Below are positions 57,861 through 64,000 of a stretch of 64,000 nucleotides of DNA, one piece after another. A program made the translations under genes and the position numbers. Numbering within the stretch: the first letter of the stretch is position 1; every line of letters begins with the position of its first letter. The notes under the pieces were generated by a model. It had not been told where the DNA came from. It did not search any database and saw only the letters and a program-made list of their open reading frames with translations. The stretch spans positions 12,871-76,870 of the forward strand of contig CAWKGG010000043.1 in the NCBI GenBank assembly GCA_963848985.1. Direction: 5' to 3'. This DNA comes from an uncultured Methanosarcinaceae archaeon (GTDB taxonomy: Archaea; Halobacteriota; Methanosarcinia; Methanosarcinales; Methanosarcinaceae).

Positions 57861-59519
57861 GTGCCTGTATTAATTAACGTTAAGAATTTAACCGTAGATA
57901 TAGATGGTCACAAGGTGCTGAAAGACGTAAATTTAAGCATTAATGAGGGAGAAATTGTTGGAGTTCTCGGAAAAAGCGGATCAGGAAAAACAATCCTGAT
58001 GCATGTGTTGCGTGGGACCGAGTCTTTTAAAAATATCTCTGGTGAAGTTATTTATTATCTTGCTTGTTGCAAGAATTGCAGATACATAGATTGTTCCAGC
58101 AAGGCAGGCCAGAAATGTCCTGCTTGTGGAGAGATGCTTGAAGCTTTCGAAGCTGATTTTATAAAACTTTCTCCTTACGACCCGATAAGGAAAGACATCT
58201 CTAAAAGAATTGCTATCATGCTCCAGCGTACCTTTGCTCTTTATGGTGATGAAAGAGTTATTGTAAATGTTATAAACTCCTTAAATGAAATTGGGTACAC
58301 AGGTCAAGATTCCATAAGAAGAGCTGTTGAACTGCTGGAAGAAGTACATTTGAGCCACCGTATGATGCATATTGCAAGAGAACTTTCAGGTGGAGAAAAA
58401 CAGAGGGTTGTGCTTGCAAGACAACTTGTAAGAAATCCCTTGCTCCTGTTAGCTGATGAGCCCACAGGTACCCTTGATCCAATGACTGCTAAACTGGTTC
58501 ATGATGTTATGATTAAGGTAGTGAGAAATTATAATATGAGTATGATTCTTACATCTCACTGGCCTGAAGTTATCGAGAATCTAACAGATAAGGCGATTCT
58601 TCTTGAAAATGGAGAAGTAGTTTTAGAAGGTAATCCTCTTGAAGTTTCTGCAGTCTTTATGAATAACGCATGTATGGTGAAGCAAGAAAAAAACCTCATT
58701 TTCGGGGAGCCTATAATTAAGGTAAGGGATCTATCTAAGCGTTATATATCAGTAGACCGAGGTGTAGTAAGAGCTGTGGACAAGATCTCTTTTGACGTGC
58801 GAGAAGGAGAAATCTTTGGGCTAGTCGGAGTTAGTGGAGCAGGCAAGACTACCACCTCGAAGATTCTGATGGGAATTTTACCGCCCACATCAGGAGAAGT
58901 TGAGGTTCGTGTGGGAGATGAATGGGTTGATATGACACAGCTGGGAGTCGAAAATAAAGGAAGAGCGACTAAATACATGGGATTCCTGCATCAGGAATAC
59001 GGCCTTTATACTCATAGCTCTGTAATAGATAACCTCACTGAATCCATTAGTCTTGATTTACCCTTCGAACTTGGTGTCAGAAAAGCTTTAATGACTCTAA
59101 AGGCTGCAGGCTTTGAAGAGAATAAGGCAAAAGCTATTTTGCCAAAAATGGCTGATGAAATGAGCGAAGGAGAACGGCATAGGATAGCACTTGCTCAGGT
59201 CCTTATAAAGGAGCCAAACATCATCATCATGGATGAACCAACCGGAACAATGGATCCAATTACAAAGATATCGGTGACAACTTCCATTCTTAAAGCTAGA
59301 GACGAGCTAGGTGAAACCTTCGTTATAGTTTCTCACGACATGGATTTTGTAAATGAGATATGTGACCGCGTCGCACTTATGCGCGAAGGAAAAATTGTAG
59401 ACATTGGGGAACCTAAAAAAGTACTGTTTCAGCTCACTGAAGAAGAAAGGATCAAAACTCATTCATTTAAGCCTTCTACACTTGAAGAGCAAAATAAAGC
59501 ACGTTCGAATAAATTATAA
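57861..59519 (+). CDS. atwA: Methyl-coenzyme M reductase system component A2
   Basis: Two ABC cassettes with a Zn-finger insert; [36 protein letters not shown]. Confidence 0.92.
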   Translation: MPVLINVKNLTVDIDGHKVLKDVNLSINEGEIVGVLGKSGSGKTILMHVLRGTESFKNISGEVIYYLACCKNCRYIDCSSKAGQKCPACGEMLEAFEADFIKLSPYDPIRKDISKRIAIMLQRTFALYGDERVIVNVINSLNEIGYTGQDSIRRAVELLEEVHLSHRMMHIARELSGGEKQRVVLARQLVRNPLLLLADEPTGTLDPMTAKLVHDVMIKVVRNYNMSMILTSHWPEVIENLTDKAILLENGEVVLEGNPLEVSAVFMNNACMVKQEKNLIFGEPIIKVRDLSKRYISVDRGVVRAVDKISFDVREGEIFGLVGVSGAGKTTTSKILMGILPPTSGEVEVRVGDEWVDMTQLGVENKGRATKYMGFLHQEYGLYTHSSVIDNLTESISLDLPFELGVRKALMTLKAAGFEENKAKAILPKMADEMSEGERHRIALAQVLIKEPNIIIMDEPTGTMDPITKISVTTSILKARDELGETFVIVSHDMDFVNEICDRVALMREGKIVDIGEPKKVLFQLTEEERIKTHSFKPSTLEEQNKARSNKL

Positions 59520-59819
59520 ATATTTTAGTTTAGATCATTTAGATTTCAATCTTACTAGTGCATCGATTTTAAAATAGATACATAATTTGGGAGATAATTA
59601 TTTTTCTTGGAATGAATTCAAACATCTGGCTTTAGATGTAGTTTGCAATCTATGTACTAATTTTTTGATTCAACTGTATAATATTAATATTAAGGCACTC
59701 TGAACTTGGGAAGTGACAGAAAAGGAAAATGAAAGATCCATAAATTGTTTATAAATCCGAATTCTTCAAGGAAGTGAACTATTGGTAGGAAAAAATTTAC
59801 ATCGATGAAAAGCTAAAAT

Positions 59820-60120
59820 TATGGTCTTACAACTACCAGAAGTGATAAATGCATTTTCAGGATTCCATTTCGAAGTTGTTAAGGATGAGGCTCTCAGTTC
59901 CAAAATGAAAGACCCATTATGGTGGAAATTACAGTGGCTCATCGCTATGAATATTGTCTCTGGAAAAACGTTCCTGAAGCTGTAAAATTAGGAGCAAATC
60001 TTGAGGACAATTTGGAGGCTGTGAGTACTGCCATATTGATGACTGATTGACCTACAGTAGCTTAGAGGTCAATATTTATTATTGAAATTCTAGATGAACT
60101 CGGAATTTTAAAAAAATTAG
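59820..60120 (+). pseudogene. Carboxymuconolactone decarboxylase (CMD/AhpD)-family relic
   Basis: LPEVINAFSGFHFEVVKDEALSSKMK..EYCLWK..EAVKLGANLED.LEAV with stops and shifts. Confidence 0.65.
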
Positions 60121-60130
60121 GTGATCTAAA

Positions 60131-60547
60131 TTGACTGAGGGAAGGACTAGTCTTGTCAAATGCCATGTTTGCAGGGGTGAACTGGAAAGAGAAGATGTTA
60201 TTGAAGAAGAAAGCAAGATTTTCTGTGAGGACTGTTACATAGAGAGCCATCATAAAATCCAGGCTTGTGATCCCTGGGCTGTCCGTTCAAAAAAAATATT
60301 TAGGGCAGAAGCTGGGTTTGAAGGGACAGAAGGCTTGACTGAGCTGCAAAAAGCCATTTATGAATTCATTGTCTCGAGTGGAGGGGTAAAAAAGGAAGAA
60401 ATTGCACATGAATTTTCGATATCTTTACTAGAAACAGAAAACCAATTTGCTCTTCTGAGACATTGTGAACTGGTTAAAGGGCAAAAAAGGGTAGATGGTA
60501 TATACCTTGTACCTTTCGAAAATAAATATATTCCATTTTGTGGATAA
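60131..60547 (+). CDS. Hypothetical zinc-finger/wHTH protein
   Basis: CHVC..FCEDCY, ACDPWAV, LTELQ..IY, LRHCELV. Confidence 0.75.
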   Translation: MTEGRTSLVKCHVCRGELEREDVIEEESKIFCEDCYIESHHKIQACDPWAVRSKKIFRAEAGFEGTEGLTELQKAIYEFIVSSGGVKKEEIAHEFSISLLETENQFALLRHCELVKGQKRVDGIYLVPFENKYIPFCG

Positions 60548-61610
60548 GTAATAATATACATATCCAATTGTATTTATATGGTTTGAATTAGGCTCTTTCT
60601 TATATTTAAGTAACAAGCTAATGGTAAGGTTTTCATTCGATGGCAATGGAAGTTGTTAATCACCATAAAATCGATAGTATCATCACTACAATGGTTTATG
60701 TTGGCTAAGTGAATTTAGATTACATATTTGGACTATACTTTTGCTGGCCGTAGTGATTTATTTGATGATTTTTTGCTAACCATGGTATTTTTATGCTAAT
60801 TAGTCAATTTAATTCGGTATTATTTGGTATTTTTACTGACTAAATCAATTAATTTTGGAGTTTATTCGTCAAATTATATCTAAAGTTGATATTTATTTGA
60901 AAATTAATTTTGACAAAGAAGGTGAATGATCACTGTTTAGAAAATTCAAAGAATCTATTAGAGCTTTAGATCTCAAAAAATTAGTCTAATGGCAAAAATT
61001 ATAAGATGGTGGATGCTTCTGTAAGTCAACTTTTATTTACCATATTTTTGCACGAGTAGTTACGTTCTCATCTGAGAAATTATTGTCGTTCAGAAATATA
61101 CAATCCAACATAGAAGTGATTTGATATTGGAGCCACAATTTTATATTTTTTAATCTCTCCATACAATTGAGTAAATTCTTATGAAGCATTGAATAGATGG
61201 TTTTTTTTGGGACAGATTGCTGCTAGGTAAATGCAAATAGAATGCAAGTTATACTAAGTTCTTAACGTATTTATTATCTTCAATGTATAGGATTATTTTA
61301 CCTTTATATTCATTCTATATTTTTTTCTTTCACCAAAAAAGTGGAATGCTTAGCTGATTCATATCTATTTTATTTACTAGCACCCTAACTTACGACTTCA
61401 AAACATAGAACTACACATACACAACTTCAATGCATTTGACTATATTCTGTTTCGAAATTCCTATATCTAGATTTCTTGATGCTTTTTAGGAAAAAGCTCA
61501 ATGTTAAATTTGTGAGGATCTCCGAGTAGAATAAAAACATAATTAATATAAAATTATGTTCTGGTTTTAAAACATTTTATAGGGAAGTAATTTTTATTCA
61601 GAAACTATTT

Positions 61611-61791
61611 TTTGTATAATTAATTTAAAATAAATACGGGGCAATTGTATACTGTAACTTAAAATGAACAGATAAAGAGTTTCACATTTATCGCGAAGTA
61701 TTTGTATCATTAATTTAAAATAATGAAGGAGATAATTGTACTTTGCATCTTAAAGTGAACATATAAAAACTTTTATATTTATCGCGAAGTA
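61611..61791. repeat. Two tandem ~90-bp units upstream of the DUF2769-like gene
   Basis: TTTGTAT.ATTAATTTAAAATAA...AATTGTA...TGAACA.ATAAA...ATTTATCGCGAAGTA at 61611-61700 and 61701-61791. Confidence 0.8.
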
Positions 61792-61825
61792 AGTCTAAAT
61801 AAAGATACATTATAGAGGGAGTCAA

Positions 61826-62161
61826 ATGAGTGAAATGGGTACATCTGGAGAAGTAAAAGTTCCTTATGCTGTAACAAATATCGAAAGATGCATGTGTCCC
61901 CAGTGTCCTGTCCAAGCTAACAGTGCGTGCACATTGGATAAAATTGGGAACTTAAAAAATGAAATGAAAAGTTTAGGGAAAGATGAAGCTCCAGAGCCTT
62001 ACAAGGTTCCTGGAGTCTACTGTTCATCTGGTACTGCAACCTGCAGCGACTTAGATCCTAATAAGGATTGCATTTGTAAAACCTGCTCGGTCTGGGAAGA
62101 ATACTGCCTGGAGCATGCAAATACAATAATATATTTTTGCAATAATGGTAGAGCAATTTGA
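61826..62161 (+). CDS. DUF2769-like Cys-rich small protein
   Basis: CMCPQCPVQ..C, VYCSSG..C, CICKTC.VW, YFC..G. Confidence 0.8.
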   Translation: MSEMGTSGEVKVPYAVTNIERCMCPQCPVQANSACTLDKIGNLKNEMKSLGKDEAPEPYKVPGVYCSSGTATCSDLDPNKDCICKTCSVWEEYCLEHANTIIYFCNNGRAI

Positions 62162-62202
62162 TTCTTTCATCCTGCAAAATGTTAGATATTTCTTTTATCA
62201 TT

Positions 62203-62386
62203 AGGACTTATGTGCTTGAGGAGCAAAATAAACGGTGAATAGATCTACCATAAACATTCTAATTTCGGAGTTTTAGGTTTAAAAAGCTTATTGATTTTTA
62301 GGATCTACGCAGTTCAACTGTCTGAATAATGAATTTGACCAAACTATCTATTATTCTTGATTTTGATCCTTAAGTGCATAAGTCAT
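62203..62386. mobile_element. MITE-like element, family A (possibly two joined units)
   Basis: AGGACTTATGTGCTTGAG ... TTAAGTGCATAAGTCAT with internal AGGATCTACGCAGTTCAACT. Confidence 0.55.
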
Positions 62387-62676
62387 AGATTTCTTAGTTC
62401 CATAGCTTATTTTTTACTGCATGTGACAGTGTCTATAGGGAAGCTACAGGAACTGTGGGCATCAAAATTAAACGCAAACCTAAATTGTAATAACTAATTA
62501 GCACAGGAATTTGAGGTATTTTATTTCAGAGGGATCTAGCGAGATGGGGAAAATGTATCCAATAATTGATTATATTAGGTGTCTGGGATTCTTGCCTGCT
62601 ATGAAGTCTGATGTCCATTATGATGCACTAAATAATTCTGATTACTAATTTGTAGAAAATTTTGGAGGGATAGCTG

Positions 62677-63213
62677 ATGAAAACTAGATTGTTATTAGTA
62701 ATGATTTTCTCGGCGATGCTGATGGCTGCAACTACGATCTATGCCTATGAAGGGTCCACGCATGATGCCATAGCTACCTTGAAGGATGCGAAGGGCAATA
62801 ACGTGGGGATAGCTACCTTTACCGAGGAAGCTAATGGCCTGGTCCGCGTCAACGTCAACGCAAGCGGCCTGACGCCGGGTTTGCACGGCATCCACATCCA
62901 CAATAAAGGAAACTGCACTGTACCGTCGTTTATCTCGGCCGGCGAACACTACAACCCTTTGAGCAAAGAGCATGGGCTCAACAACCCGAAAGGTCCCCAT
63001 GCAGGTGACTTGCCCAACCTAGAAGTGGGCGAGGATGGTATAGGACATATGAATATAACCACCACCCTTGTGGCATTGTCACCAGGACCGACCACTCTAT
63101 TCACAGCCAACGGCACTTCACTGGTTATCCATGCTAATCCTGATGATGAGCTGACAAACCCTTCTGGAAACAGTGGAGTGCGAGTTATCTGTGGGATCAT
63201 CGAGAAAAAATAA
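62677..63213 (+). CDS. sodC: Secreted Cu/Zn superoxide dismutase
   Basis: Signal peptide; HGIHIH..G.C, SAGEHYNP, HAGDLPNL, VIH...DD, GNSG.RVICG. Confidence 0.93.
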   Translation: MKTRLLLVMIFSAMLMAATTIYAYEGSTHDAIATLKDAKGNNVGIATFTEEANGLVRVNVNASGLTPGLHGIHIHNKGNCTVPSFISAGEHYNPLSKEHGLNNPKGPHAGDLPNLEVGEDGIGHMNITTTLVALSPGPTTLFTANGTSLVIHANPDDELTNPSGNSGVRVICGIIEKK

Positions 63214-63682
63214 GTTTTCCTTTATCTTTGCAGGAGTATAAACTTGGCCAGAAGTGGAGAAAAGACAACGTCCAGAACAATGAACCAGCGTTACTTATCT
63301 ACACGAAGTTGCCTGGATCGCTGACAAAGTGAGCGAATAGGCTGCCGAACGAGTTGATATGTACCTATGCTACCGTTCGGCAATGAATATCTAAAAGAAA
63401 CGAGCATCAAATTAGATTATGGATTTCAAGAGCTAATTTGAGTTTCTATGATTACAATACTTAATGTAATGAAATGAATATTAAAAAATATACGAAGGTA
63501 GATTGTGGAACTATTTAAGGCATTTTCTTGAGTATGGTAGGGTTTATCTTACTTTGGATGAATAGAGGGAAACAATGTTTAGTGTCTGCTGCTGACGTCC
63601 AAAGATAAATGAGTTTATTGTTAAATGTCTATTCAGTTCGAGTTCATTGAATTTATTTCTTAAAATCTTTTCCTTAATTTTG

Positions 63683-64000
63683 TTATCTGTTCTTTATTCC
63701 TTTTATGGAATCTATTTCTTCAGCTATATTTTCGAGTTCATCAAAAATCCTTTCAGAGTCCTTTCGCATTTCTTTTACCGCAGCTTTTAAGCTACCTCCC
63801 CGCAGATATAGAAAACGTTTTTTTCTGTAAAGCAGGCCCGAATAGTTGAGATTTCTGATATGATGATTTACTCTTGATATATTTATATTAAGGTCTTCAG
63901 CCAGATCTTCAGATGATGTTAATTCGTCATTAGAAAGTTTATCAACCAAGCTAAAAATGATCTTTGTAGCGGTTTTTTCGATGTCTCGACCAGAAGAGAA
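63683..64000 (-). CDS. ArsR-like wHTH transcriptional regulator, 5'-partial
   Basis: SSEDLAEDLNINISRVNHHIRNL..SGL; frame stays open to the window edge. Confidence 0.8.
   Translation of the reverse strand, partial: FSSGRDIEKTATKIIFSLVDKLSNDELTSSEDLAEDLNINISRVNHHIRNLNYSGLLYRKKRFLYLRGGSLKAAVKEMRKDSERIFDELENIAEEIDSIKGIKNR

Overview
AT-rich archaeal chromosome segment, almost certainly Methanosarcina or a close Methanosarcinaceae relative (atwA/MCR component A2, npdG, FmdE-family, rps17e-dapA-dapB, Kae1-Bud32 fusion, YVTN/PKD/C1A surface proteins, integrase with C-terminal Zn ribbon). Roughly 0.7-34 kb is an accessory, relic-rich region. It holds a compact integrated element (0.7-7.7 kb) laid out like a phage satellite: tyrosine integrase, divergent regulators, PrimPol-NTPase replicase, iteron-like origin, and a family-A DNA polymerase C-terminal fragment missed by the ORF track. 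It also holds a second decayed rep/ori copy at 30 kb, two terminase-small-like relics, a ParB-like gene, a bacterial-type papain-like protease/partner pair, and a 636-bp near-identical TPR module attached to two unrelated N-termini. From 31.8 kb onward the window is mostly housekeeping, copper and Fe-S genes mixed with pseudogenes and MITE-like elements. Some frameshifts fall in short homopolymers in genes expected to be essential and may be sequencing errors; others include in-frame stops and look like real decay. All family assignments come from recognising motifs by eye; no searches were run. No tRNA, rRNA or CRISPR array was seen.
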